Assembly (NCBI GenBank): GCA_963765205.1
Contig: CAVXVB010000004.1
Location: 192,001-256,000 of the forward strand
Direction of reading: 5' to 3'
Source: an uncultured Verrucomicrobiae bacterium
GTDB lineage: Bacteria; Verrucomicrobiota; Verrucomicrobiia; Opitutales; JABDGR01
DNA: 64,000 nt
Within the stretch, counting starts at the first letter, position 1, and every line of letters starts with the position of its first letter. Under the pieces are notes generated by a model. It worked only from the letters and a program-made list of their open reading frames with translations. It was not told where the DNA came from and searched no databases. Positions 8,398 through 17,992 of the stretch are shown piece after piece. A program made the position numbers and the translations under genes.

Positions 8398-10977
8398 ATG
8401 AACCCGTCGCAGTATAATTTCGGTGACCCAACCGGGGGCAGACGCAAGACGCCGTCCCGCCGGTGGCGAAGGGTGGTCTTGAGTATTATCAGTGTTTTCA
8501 TCGTCGCAACGATTTTTGCCGCCGGGGTGGGCGAGGGGCTACACCTGGCGGCGCAGAAGAACACCGTCCACAAAACCACAGCCACGGCTGGCGGAAAACA
8601 AGTCAGGGAGAAGACCGGGAGCGAAGTAATCATTCCCAAAAGCATTGCCTGGAACCCACAAGGTTCCCTGGCGGACATCCTGGCCAAATACACCGGCTTC
8701 GAGCGCGTCAAGGCCCTCATTGCCCTGGTGGATCAAACCCCGGTCACGCAATTGGGCCAGCTTATTGACGACGCCCAACGCTGCCCCTATCCCGAGTTTC
8801 GCAAGACGGTGTATGACGCCGTGTTCGCCAAATGGACCGCCACCGACCCGGCCGGAGCCGTCAGTTACGCCGCGGGCTTTGCCACGCGGGCCGGCCAGCC
8901 GGACATGATCTATACTGTCTTTTCCGCCTGGGCCGGGATCAACCCCCAAGCCGCCCTCGCCGCGGCGGAGAAGCTGGGCAAAGCCTCGCTGCGCACCGCG
9001 GCCATCGGCCAGGTGCTCACCACCTGGGTGCAATTCGACCCGATCGGCGCGCTGGCCACCACCAAGACCCTCCCGCGCGGGGTGGTGGACGACAAGCTGA
9101 TGAAGTGGCTCTTCGATTTGTGGTCGCGCCAAGACCCCGCCTCCGCCTTGGCGTCCCTGGATTTCATTGGCAGTGCCAACCTGCGCCGCGACATCCAAAA
9201 CTCCATCATCGCCAATATGGCGGCCAGCGATCCTGCCTTGGCGTTGAGCACTTTGCGCAATCTGCCCGTGGGCCAGCAATCCCCGCAACTCTTCAACACC
9301 GTCTTTCAGGCCCTGGCCGGGCAGGACCCGACCGCCGCCCTGGCCGCGTTGAATGACCTGCCGCTGGGCGCGGCGCGCATGGCTGCCCTGCAAGGCCTGT
9401 TTAGTGCTTGGGCGCAAAATGACCCGCTGGCCGCCATGCAAATGGCCCAGTCCTTCCCCGTCGGCCCGGACCGCGACAATGCCTTGCAGGTGAGCCTGAA
9501 CAATCTCTTTTTGCAAAATCCCAGCGCGGCCGGCAACTACATCGCCACCCTCCCCAACGGAACCAACCGCAACAACCTCATCACGGCCCTCGCCGCCAAA
9601 TGGGCGGACAGCGATCCCGCCGCCGCCCTTGCCTGGCTGGACAAGAGCGTCAACGGCACCCTCTACGACTCGGCGGCGGGCACCGTGCTGAATGCCTTTG
9701 CCAGCACCGACCCGAATGCCGCCATGGCCTATATCACGCAACTGCCCGCCGGCACAAAACGCAATACCTACATGCAGACGGCCATTGGCGTGTGGGCTGC
9801 CCAAGACCCTTCCGCTGCTATGGCTTGGGTGGACAACAGCCTCACCGGCACGCCGCATGATTTGGCGGCGATGAGCGTGGTGAATCAAATGGCCCAGTCC
9901 GACCCCACGCAGGCGATGGGCTACATCGCCCAATTGCCGGCGGGGGCCGGGCGCGACAACGCCATGATCACCTTGTCCTCCACGCTCGCAACCCAAGACG
10001 TGGATACTGCCCTGGGCTGGATGCAGAGTTTGCCCGATGACACCAGCGATGCCGTCCGCAGCACGATTATGCAAAACATTGTCAATTCGTGGTCGAGCGT
10101 GGATCCGGTCGGCGCGGCGGCTTATGTTCAAGACTATGCCGATGACCCCGCTTATGCCAACGCCATCGCCAGCGTGGCGTCCGCCTGGGCGCAAAACGAC
10201 AGCCCGGCCGCCCTCGCTTGGGCGGAGGGCCTGCCCGACGGCCCCGCCCGCAACGGCGCTGTGTCCACTTCGTTGGTGAGCCTCGCCAATTATGACGCCC
10301 CCACCGCCTGGGCGAATGCGGCGGACAACTTTGATATGCCCACTTCCGCGTCAGGCCCGTATAACACCTTTTCGCAGATCGTCCAATCGTGGAGCGCCAC
10401 GGACCCGGCGGCGGCCGCCGAACACATCGCCGACCTGCCCGTGGGCGGCGGCTTTGTGGTGACGGTCAACGCCCTGGCGCAAAACTGGCTGTCGCAAGAC
10501 ACGCAGGGCGCTTCGCAATGGATGGCCAGCTTGCCGGATGGCCCGGAGCGCAACCAGGCGGTGGGGGTGCTCGTCCGTACGGAGGCGGACAACGATCCGG
10601 AAACGGCGTTTAATTGGGCCATTACCACCGACAACCCCATCCCCCTCATGGGCACCGCCTTGACGGCTTGGGCGAAAGTTGACCCTACGGCCGCCGCCGC
10701 CGCCCTGGCCAACACCCCCGTTAACGACGACCAATACAACAATCTCCTCAATCAAATCCAACAAGCGGCGACCGGCGGTCCTAAAGTAATCAACCTGCAA
10801 GCCGGGCAATCCGTGGCGGCAGTGGTGCAAGCGCTCAATAATCAACGAATAAACAATAACGGATCAAGCGGCTTCTCGATTACTATTAATCCTGGCCCGC
10901 GCGCAGGCGGCCCGCGGATTATTACTTCACCGACTCCAAACTCCGGCCCGTCCTCCGGCCCAATGCCACTGCCGTAA
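8398..10977 (+). CDS. membrane-anchored helical-repeat protein (DPxAAxxW repeats)
   Basis: N-terminal TM segment, then many repeats of W...DPxAAxxW/YxxxLPxGxxR. Confidence 0.85.
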   Translation: MNPSQYNFGDPTGGRRKTPSRRWRRVVLSIISVFIVATIFAAGVGEGLHLAAQKNTVHKTTATAGGKQVREKTGSEVIIPKSIAWNPQGSLADILAKYTGFERVKALIALVDQTPVTQLGQLIDDAQRCPYPEFRKTVYDAVFAKWTATDPAGAVSYAAGFATRAGQPDMIYTVFSAWAGINPQAALAAAEKLGKASLRTAAIGQVLTTWVQFDPIGALATTKTLPRGVVDDKLMKWLFDLWSRQDPASALASLDFIGSANLRRDIQNSIIANMAASDPALALSTLRNLPVGQQSPQLFNTVFQALAGQDPTAALAALNDLPLGAARMAALQGLFSAWAQNDPLAAMQMAQSFPVGPDRDNALQVSLNNLFLQNPSAAGNYIATLPNGTNRNNLITALAAKWADSDPAAALAWLDKSVNGTLYDSAAGTVLNAFASTDPNAAMAYITQLPAGTKRNTYMQTAIGVWAAQDPSAAMAWVDNSLTGTPHDLAAMSVVNQMAQSDPTQAMGYIAQLPAGAGRDNAMITLSSTLATQDVDTALGWMQSLPDDTSDAVRSTIMQNIVNSWSSVDPVGAAAYVQDYADDPAYANAIASVASAWAQNDSPAALAWAEGLPDGPARNGAVSTSLVSLANYDAPTAWANAADNFDMPTSASGPYNTFSQIVQSWSATDPAAAAEHIADLPVGGGFVVTVNALAQNWLSQDTQGASQWMASLPDGPERNQAVGVLVRTEADNDPETAFNWAITTDNPIPLMGTALTAWAKVDPTAAAAALANTPVNDDQYNNLLNQIQQAATGGPKVINLQAGQSVAAVVQALNNQRINNNGSSGFSITINPGPRAGGPRIITSPTPNSGPSSGPMPLP

Positions 10978-11134
10978 ATGCGTCTTGCCGGAAGCGTTCA
11001 ATGCAGCCCCGGAGATTTTGTGCGCGAGGATTTCACAAATCCCGTGAATGTAAGGTGCCTATGTTCACTTCCAGGCGGATTTTGGCTTGAATTAAAAATT
11101 CATCAACAAAAACGGGCTTTCGGTGTTAATATAC

Positions 11135-11173
11135 AAAAAGGGAGCGGGAGCGGATTAATTTCCACTCCCGCTC
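11135..11173 (-). terminator. Rho-independent terminator downstream of folA
   Basis: Stem gagcgggagtgga/tccgctcccgctc followed by ccTTTTT on the minus strand. Confidence 0.65.
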
Positions 11174-11403
11174 GGTTCGCGCGACGGCTTGCGCCGTCAG
11201 CGGTCGGCGGTTCGGGGCTGCGAGCCTGAGCCGCCAAAGTCTTTCCGCCCATCCGCATAGCGTGCGGGTGGGCGGGGGACTGACGTTCCGCGATGGGCGA
11301 CTGGGGTATCAGTTAAAGATTAACTCATATCCCTATCCCTTCGGGCGCGATTTGCACCCGGGCTGGGGTAAAGTTTTTCCAAAAATAATGATGCTTGGCT
11401 TCG

Positions 11404-11922
11404 TTAGTCCAGTGCGTTTTTCTCCCGCGCCAGCACCTTAAAGACATAGGGCACCGGGCCGGCCGGGCCTGGATGTTCGGAGACAACATTGGTGAAGCCG
11501 GCTTGCGCAAAGGTGGCCCAGGGTAGAAAAGTGTCGCCGGGGAAATCGGCGTGGATTTCCGTAAGGTAAACACGGTCGGCCTGGGGCAGCGCCTCGCGGT
11601 AAACCTCCGGGCCGCCGCCGACCCAAATCGGGCCGGGATGCGGCGAGGCCTGCGCGAGGGCCAGCGCTGCGGGCCAGCTTTGCGCCGCGCGCGCGCCGGG
11701 CGGAGGAACATAATGGAGATTGCGGCTCAGAACGATGACCTCGCGATTCGGCAGGGCAGCGCCGTGGTGATCCTGGCATTTGCGGCCATGAATGAGGATG
11801 CCCCCGCGCGTAGTGGCGAGGAAATATTCCCATTCATCCGGCAACTTCCACGGCAGACCTCCATCGCGGCCGATGGCGCCATTGCGGGCGACGGCAAGAA
11901 TGAGATGGATTGGCTTGGGCAA
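11404..11922 (-). CDS. folA: dihydrofolate reductase
   Basis: AVARNGAIGRDGGLPWKLPDE, GRK, LPNR, VGGGPEVY, GDTF; TTG start. Confidence 0.92.
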   Translation of the reverse strand: MPKPIHLILAVARNGAIGRDGGLPWKLPDEWEYFLATTRGGILIHGRKCQDHHGAALPNREVIVLSRNLHYVPPPGARAAQSWPAALALAQASPHPGPIWVGGGPEVYREALPQADRVYLTEIHADFPGDTFLPWATFAQAGFTNVVSEHPGPAGPVPYVFKVLAREKNALD

Positions 11923-11946
11923 ACGAAAATTATGAATTCACCTGGC

Positions 11947-12645
11947 TTAATTCACTTCTGGCTTCTGCGACATCGCACACCCTTGCGGGTAAACGGCGTC
12001 AAGCGCGCCCCACAGAGCCTTCAGCACGCGTTCGGCCCCGGCGATGATTTCGGCGTCGTTCAGGCCGGCCGCTTCCAGCCCGAGCCACATGCGCCAAGCT
12101 TCGCGGTGGCGCACGTCGGCTTCCTGGTGGACGGAAAAATAGGCGAGCGCCGCGGGCTGGTTGATGCCGTAAAATTTGCGCAGCCCAGCGATTTTTTCGC
12201 CGGAAATTTCCGGCACTTGCGCTTCATAGGCGTAGAATGCGGCGACGGCCTGAGGCAGCGAACCCCGCTCGGAGATGTCGCGAAAGGCCAGCAGTAACTC
12301 GGCAATGCCGGGCAGCGGTTTGGTGGCGTCAAGGCGGGCGTCGTCGGTGCCGACCGCGTGGGCGAACTGACGCCAAAGTTGGGGGTGTGGCGCGATGGGG
12401 TCGAGCTCCTCGGCGAGGTTTTCGGCGACAAGGTCTTCGAGCGGGCCATCACAACGTGCAGCCAAGCGCGTCAAATTTTTTGGGAAGGCGCGGACGTGCT
12501 GGTAATACTGCTCAGCGTAAAGCGCGAGGGTCTCGCGGGACAAGGTGCCTTCGGTCCAAGCCTGGTAGAAAGGATGCTTGAGCAGATGATACTGCGCAAT
12601 GAGCTGGTCGAGCGCAGCGAGGAGCGGAGAATTTTCTTGGGTCAT
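11947..12645 (-). CDS. CADD/CT610-family heme-oxygenase-like dimetal oxidase (putative pABA synthase)
   Basis: HLLKHPFYQAWTEG, ENLAEE...HPQLW, YAYEAQVPEISGEKIAGL, YFSVHQEADVRH; upstream of folA. Confidence 0.88.
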   Translation of the reverse strand: MTQENSPLLAALDQLIAQYHLLKHPFYQAWTEGTLSRETLALYAEQYYQHVRAFPKNLTRLAARCDGPLEDLVAENLAEELDPIAPHPQLWRQFAHAVGTDDARLDATKPLPGIAELLLAFRDISERGSLPQAVAAFYAYEAQVPEISGEKIAGLRKFYGINQPAALAYFSVHQEADVRHREAWRMWLGLEAAGLNDAEIIAGAERVLKALWGALDAVYPQGCAMSQKPEVN

Positions 12646-12797
12646 GGAAGGAAAGATTTTTGCAAGTAGCGCGGCATTGTCTTCACAAGCGCGCCGACTT
12701 GGCAAGCAAAACGACGCAAAAACTTCTCCACAATTTTACACCGCCGATTGTGAATATGTGAATAACTTTTTTCGATGAAGCAGGCCGCAGAAGAATT

Positions 12798-12869
12798 AAC
12801 CACGGATTACATGGATGGCACGGATGGGCAGATCGGAAAATAATCCGTGCTATCCTCGCCATCCGTGGT
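12798..12869. repeat. inverted pair of 9-mer arms (CCACGGAT type)
   Basis: accacggattacatggatggcacggat versus atccgtgctatcctcgccatccgtggt; similar pair at about 54616-54680. Confidence 0.7.
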
Positions 12870-12888
12870 CAAAAATAAATCCTCTTCG

Positions 12889-13350
12889 TCACTCTTCGCG
12901 CGAAACTTTTTCAAGACTGACTTTGGGCAGTTTGTTGGCGGTGGCGACGACGTAAGCCGGCTCCTTGGTGCGGACCCAGACTTGTTGCTCCTTCAGGAAG
13001 CGCGCGGGGACGTGCTCGCAGACCTCGGCGATGGTCTTCGCCGGCAATCGGCGACCGCGCGACGAGGCGTTGAAATCCTGGGCGGCCTTGATCAGACGCT
13101 CTTCCGTCGCGATTGCATTGGCCACCTCGGGAATCTGCACCACCCAGCCCGTGAAGTCCTTGCCCTCCAGGTGCCCGCGCGGGTCGGACACGAGGATGAC
13201 GTATTGTTTTTTGACCGGTGGCGGCTTCTCGTCGTCCACCATCGCCGCGAGTTCCTGGTTTATCTCCTCAATGATGTGCGCCACCTGGCGCACATCCATT
13301 TCGTTGCGCTGGAGAATAATTTTGACGAGTTCGAGATCAACTTTGGGCAT
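12889..13350 (-). CDS. hypothetical protein
   Basis: 153-aa ORF with globular composition and ATG start. Confidence 0.75.
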   Translation of the reverse strand: MPKVDLELVKIILQRNEMDVRQVAHIIEEINQELAAMVDDEKPPPVKKQYVILVSDPRGHLEGKDFTGWVVQIPEVANAIATEERLIKAAQDFNASSRGRRLPAKTIAEVCEHVPARFLKEQQVWVRTKEPAYVVATANKLPKVSLEKVSREE

Positions 13351-13480
13351 GGTCAGAAAAAATTAAGAATTATGAATTAAGAAGTGAAGGGCCAACTGCC
13401 GGAGGTGACGATGCGGGTTTATTCACTTTCAATGCAGACGCGACCAAAGGAGGGCGGTCCGGCGATGGATTCAATCCGGG

Positions 13481-15256
13481 CTATTCCCGTCCAGGACCAC
13501 GCCCACCACCGGGCGGGGGCCGGCGTCCGTAGCCGCGATGCCGGCGCGGGCCGCCACCTCCACGGTTGTCGCGCGGGCCCTCGTCGCGGCTCTCCGGGGA
13601 TCCGCCACCGCGGCGCTCCGGTTGTCCGCCGCGATGGTCGGGTGGGTTGCGGCCTTGTCCGCCACGGGCTGGGCCGGAATGGCGCTGCTGGCCTTCGTGG
13701 GAAGAATGCGAGTGGTGGGAAGAGTGGGCGGGTTCGCGCGGGTGAGAGGCTTCGCGTTGGTGCGTCGGTTCAGTTCGGGCTTCGCGGCCCTGTTCCTCGC
13801 GTTGGGAGTAGGGGACTTCGTCCTCGTGCGAGCCGTAGGGAACCTCTTCGTGGCGGTGGGTGGCCGCGCCTGCGGGTGCAACGGTTTCGTCGGAGAATGG
13901 TTCTTCGAGCCGTTCCCGATCTTCGCGCATCTCACGGTCGTCTCGCGGGGCGCGTTCTTCGCCACCATTGTCCTGCGGCGCAGTTTCATCGCTGCCTTCT
14001 TCGTCGGACTCGGAATGAGGAGTGCGGAAGCTGTCATCGCGCGCAAAGGTCCGTTCCTCGGCGGGTTCCTCAGGATCGGGATATTCGCGCTCGGGGCTGG
14101 ACGCAGGCTGGTTTTGCGGGGGGCGGCCTTGGGCGGGCAGGCGCGGTTGGCCGCCGCCGGGCGGGCGATTGCCGAAGTTTTCATTGGGCTGGCCGCGCCC
14201 GCCGCGTCCACGGCGACGCCCACCCCGACCACCACGCCCACCCCGGCCGCCGCTACCACCACGCCCACCGCCGCCTTGGCCTTGGTCGTAGCCGCGCTGG
14301 CCTTGTGGCAGGTGTTCGCCTTGGCGGCGGGGTGCATCCTGCGGTGCGCCTTGAAATTCATCTTCACGGTTGGACGCCCACGGCAGCGGTTCCTGGTCGG
14401 GATCCCAATCCTCTTCTTCATCTTCGTCCTCGAAATCTTCCGTGGCCGATAGTGGGGCGTCGGCGGGGCGGGCGCGTTCCGGCGTAGGTATGGGTTCAGG
14501 CTCGCTGGGGAAGTGCTGGCGCGGAGGCAGTTGCACGTCGCGCGTGGCGAGGCCCGCCAGTTCCGCGGTGCGCAGCAAACGCGGCGTTTCGCTTGTGGCC
14601 GCCGGGCGGATCACGAGCGTCGAGACGACGTTGCTGGGCCGCGACCGGAAGAGGTGCTCCACGGTTTCGGCGACCAGTTCCGGGTTGACCGCGCTTTGCG
14701 GATCAAGGGCGTAAGCCGCTTCCGGCGAGGTTTCGGCGTTGGCGCGCGCGTAAACGGTCGTCGCACGCACCCCGTCGCTGCGCAGTTCCTCGAACAGGGC
14801 GTCGGTAAAGCAGTGCAGCCCGCCTTCAATTGCGGCGGTCAGTGGGCCGCCGGGCGCGGGGCCGTCGCCATTCCAGCACAAAACCAGGAAATGCCCCTGC
14901 TCTTTGCGCAGCCACGGTAGCGTGACGCGCGCGAGCGCCAGAGGCGCGAGCAGCCCGACATTGACCCGCGCCGCCAAGTCGGCGATGGGTGAATCAAACC
15001 AGGACGCCGGCGCGCGGCGCGCGGCATGCACGACGAAGCTGACATGCCCTTCACGCGCCACGATGTCCTCGGCCACCTTGGTCAAGGCTGCCGGGTCCGC
15101 GAGGTCGCAAGCGAGGGGGATGAAATCGTCGTGGGGAAAAGGGTTGCGGAGGAACTGGGTGGCGAGTGCATACACTCGGCAGCCCATGCCGATCAAGCGC
15201 CGGGCGATGGCCAGCCCCGGCCCGGCGTCGGCGCCGGTGACTAAAGCAATGTCCAT
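13481..15256 (-). CDS. SDR-family oxidoreductase-like domain plus long disordered acidic/RGG tail
   Basis: IALVTGADAGPGLAIA Rossmann start, CDLAD; about 350-aa low-complexity C-terminus. Confidence 0.8.
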   Translation of the reverse strand: MDIALVTGADAGPGLAIARRLIGMGCRVYALATQFLRNPFPHDDFIPLACDLADPAALTKVAEDIVAREGHVSFVVHAARRAPASWFDSPIADLAARVNVGLLAPLALARVTLPWLRKEQGHFLVLCWNGDGPAPGGPLTAAIEGGLHCFTDALFEELRSDGVRATTVYARANAETSPEAAYALDPQSAVNPELVAETVEHLFRSRPSNVVSTLVIRPAATSETPRLLRTAELAGLATRDVQLPPRQHFPSEPEPIPTPERARPADAPLSATEDFEDEDEEEDWDPDQEPLPWASNREDEFQGAPQDAPRRQGEHLPQGQRGYDQGQGGGGRGGSGGRGGRGGRGGRRRGRGGRGQPNENFGNRPPGGGQPRLPAQGRPPQNQPASSPEREYPDPEEPAEERTFARDDSFRTPHSESDEEGSDETAPQDNGGEERAPRDDREMREDRERLEEPFSDETVAPAGAATHRHEEVPYGSHEDEVPYSQREEQGREARTEPTHQREASHPREPAHSSHHSHSSHEGQQRHSGPARGGQGRNPPDHRGGQPERRGGGSPESRDEGPRDNRGGGGPRRHRGYGRRPPPGGGRGPGRE

Positions 15257-15601
15257 TTAGGTAAGGGTTAGGGAGAATTGTGGGTTGGGGGTGGGGCGGG
15301 CACTCAGGCGCGGGGCCAAGCGAACCCGCCGAAATTGAGGGGAAAGAGGCAAACGGCTAATACAGGCCGCCCGCGCCGGGCGCAAGCGGGAAAGAAGCAG
15401 ATTGTTTTTGGGCGCTCATACGCTGGCGCAAAAATATCATTGTTTGACAGCCGCGGCGCGCGTGCGGGTTGGCGGTGGAACGTTTTATGCTGACTTGCCA
15501 ATCTCGCCATTGACTTTCGGGAGTTTGTAAGGATATTGAAAGGCGCGCGATAATGGTTTAGGATTCTACACTAGAGGACGCCATCGGCCCTCCCCCACCC
15601 T

Positions 15602-16534
15602 ATGGACTCCGAATTTCTCGATGATCCTCCGCCTGCCCCGCCGCCATCCGGTTGGGCGGCTTGGCGCGTTTTGGTCTGGGCTGCGTTGACCCTTTTCCTC
15701 TACAACAGTTGGGCAGTCGCGTGGCACGGATGGACAAGCGTGCTGGCTTACGAGGTGCCGAGCCACACCGCGCTCGCCGCCGGGCATTGGTGGACACTGC
15801 TTGCTTATGCGTTAACCGGGGCGGGCACCAGTTTGCCCACGCAGTGGGTGGCCGGGCCACTGAGCATTTTTTTCCTGCTGATCGTGGCGCAACTGACCGA
15901 GGCCGAAATGTCGCGACGAGATTTTGTCTGGCTGTGCGTGGCGTGCGCGCTCGGCGGCGCGGCCTGCTGGCTGCCGCTGCATTGGGCGGGGGATGAGCGG
16001 CTGCTCTCAGGCTGCATGGTGCTGGTGCCCGGGCTGCTGTCGTTCTGGTGTTTTGCGATGCCGGACGAGGCGCTGCCGTTGCGGTTGTTTTTCACTTTTG
16101 ACGTGCGCCCGCAGGCGTTTTTCTGGCTGGTGCTGGCGCTCGAAACAGGCGCCTTTCTGAGCTTCGAACTGCCACAGGCGCTGGGCCACGCGGGAGCCTT
16201 CCACTCGAATTTTGACAACTCCGCCCATCTCGGCGCAATGATTGCGGGTTGGGCTTTTGCGTGCGTGTGGCGGCGCAGCCTCGAAATCAGCGAACTGCCC
16301 GCGCCGGCGGAAAAGGTTTCGCCCCCGGCCAACGTATTGCCCGTCGGCGCCCGGCGCGCCGCGGCGGTGGAAGCGGCCCACGCCGCGCCCACCCGCCCGG
16401 TCCCCGTCAGCCGCCGCGAATTGCGCGAGGAAGTAGACCGCATCCTCGACAAAATCAATCGCCAGGGCTTCGGGGCGCTCAACATCCAGGAGAAGCAGAC
16501 CCTCGACCGCGCGCGGAATTTGATGAAGAAGTAG
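15602..16534 (+). CDS. rhomboid-like membrane protein with C-terminal DUF6576-like domain
   Basis: Multiple TM helices, SAHLGAMIAG, C-terminal EVDRILDKINRQGFGALNIQEKQTL. Confidence 0.8.
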   Translation: MDSEFLDDPPPAPPPSGWAAWRVLVWAALTLFLYNSWAVAWHGWTSVLAYEVPSHTALAAGHWWTLLAYALTGAGTSLPTQWVAGPLSIFFLLIVAQLTEAEMSRRDFVWLCVACALGGAACWLPLHWAGDERLLSGCMVLVPGLLSFWCFAMPDEALPLRLFFTFDVRPQAFFWLVLALETGAFLSFELPQALGHAGAFHSNFDNSAHLGAMIAGWAFACVWRRSLEISELPAPAEKVSPPANVLPVGARRAAAVEAAHAAPTRPVPVSRRELREEVDRILDKINRQGFGALNIQEKQTLDRARNLMKK

Positions 16535-16611
16535 GGAGATACCTGAGTGCTAATTTCTGAGTGCTGATTTCGGGCAAGCGAATTTCCAAACTGAAATCGG
16601 CTGGCTTTTAT

Positions 16612-17865
16612 TCAGCATTCAGAAATGCCGCTGTCCGCCATTGCCTCCACCGCCAGCACATTCAGCATCGCCTTTGGCACCAACGATGCCGGGTCGAGGT
16701 ATTCGGGGCGCTTGGGCGCGACGGGGTCGTCGCTCCATTCGGAGGTGTGGGCGTTGCCGCCAGCGGGGCCGAGGCCGTCGAGCGTCGGCAGGTGCGGGGC
16801 AAGGAGATTGCCGTCACTCAAACCGCCGCGGCGTTCCGCAGCGACACACGCGCCAAGTGAAGCCGCCGCACGGAAATAAATATCAAACAGCCGGCGCGTG
16901 GCGGGGTTTTCCGGCCACGCCGGGGTGCGGCCGGTGATTTCCGCGTGCACTTGGCAACGAAAACCATCGGACGCAGCGGCGATGGCACCTAGGGCGGTGA
17001 GGGTGAGGATGCGGTTTTCGGCTTCGCTCAAAACCGCCGGGTCGAAGGCGCGCAGTTCGCCGAGTGCTTCCGCTTCGTGGGGAACGCGATTGAGCGCTTC
17101 GCCTCCGCGGATAATGCCAACATTGGCGGTGCAGTCGCGGGCGGGGTCGGTCAACGCCTCGAGGTGAGAAACCAGGCGCGCGAGTTCGGCGATGGCGTTG
17201 GCCCCATCGGCGTGGCAACTGCCGGCGTGCGCGCCGCGGCCAGTGGCGGTGACGTGAAATTCCGCGCGGCCCTTGCGGGCGACGACGAGGTTGAATTCAT
17301 TTTCCCGCCAGGCACCGGATTCGTAAATGAGCGCGGCGACGGCCCGGTCGCCGAAGCGGGCCAGCGCGGCGCGCGCGAAGTCGTCGCCCAGGGTTTCCTC
17401 GGCCGCGTTTAAGGCGACCACCCAACTGAAGTGCTCAAGTAATTCCGGGGCTGCGGCGCGCAGCGCGCTAAGTTGCAACCAGAGCAGCGCGGTGCCGCCT
17501 TTGATGTCCACCACGCCGGGACCATAAATGCGGCCTTCCGCTTCCCGCCAGCGGAACTGGTGCCGCGCTTCCTCGGCGGGTGGGAATACGGTGTCGAGGT
17601 GGGAGACGCACAACAGCGTGGCGCGCGTGCGGCCGGGACGGCGCAGAAAAAGATGGTCGCCGCCGTGTCGGTCCGCACCGGGCAAGAACTCGGCGGAGAA
17701 ATCAAGCGGGGCGAAAGTGGCGGCCGTTGAGCGGGCGAGGGTGTTGACGCCGTCGCGATGGCGCGTGTAGCTATTGATGCCGACCCATGCGCGCAGATGG
17801 GCCAACGCGGCCGGCAGGTCGCGGGTCAGCGCGGCGCGGAGATCGTGAACGGGAACAGGCGGCAT
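16612..17865 (-). CDS. M20 metallopeptidase (carboxypeptidase G2-like)
   Basis: SHLDTVF, GPGVVDIKGG, AAEE, GAHAG, GGLSDGN, LDGLGPAGGNAH. Confidence 0.9.
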   Translation of the reverse strand: MPPVPVHDLRAALTRDLPAALAHLRAWVGINSYTRHRDGVNTLARSTAATFAPLDFSAEFLPGADRHGGDHLFLRRPGRTRATLLCVSHLDTVFPPAEEARHQFRWREAEGRIYGPGVVDIKGGTALLWLQLSALRAAAPELLEHFSWVVALNAAEETLGDDFARAALARFGDRAVAALIYESGAWRENEFNLVVARKGRAEFHVTATGRGAHAGSCHADGANAIAELARLVSHLEALTDPARDCTANVGIIRGGEALNRVPHEAEALGELRAFDPAVLSEAENRILTLTALGAIAAASDGFRCQVHAEITGRTPAWPENPATRRLFDIYFRAAASLGACVAAERRGGLSDGNLLAPHLPTLDGLGPAGGNAHTSEWSDDPVAPKRPEYLDPASLVPKAMLNVLAVEAMADSGISEC

Positions 17866-17875
17866 GGGGTGAATC

Positions 17876-17992
17876 CTGATTGCGGATTTCTGAATGCTGA
17901 ATGAAGAACCCAATTGGCTGAATGCAAAATTTAGCCATCAGCTTTCGATGTTTAGGATTCAGAACTCAGAATTCAGCATTCAGAAATCAGCC
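17876..17992. repeat. inverted 7-mer arms (CTGAATG/CATTCAG)
   Basis: atttctgaatgctgaatg versus attcagaactcagaattcagcattcagaaatcag; related pair at 16543-16626. Confidence 0.75.

Noticed and set aside
2496..17865. Folate-salvage role for the two M20 hydrolases
   Set aside because: Family motifs do not define the substrate, and neither gene is directly adjacent to a folate gene.
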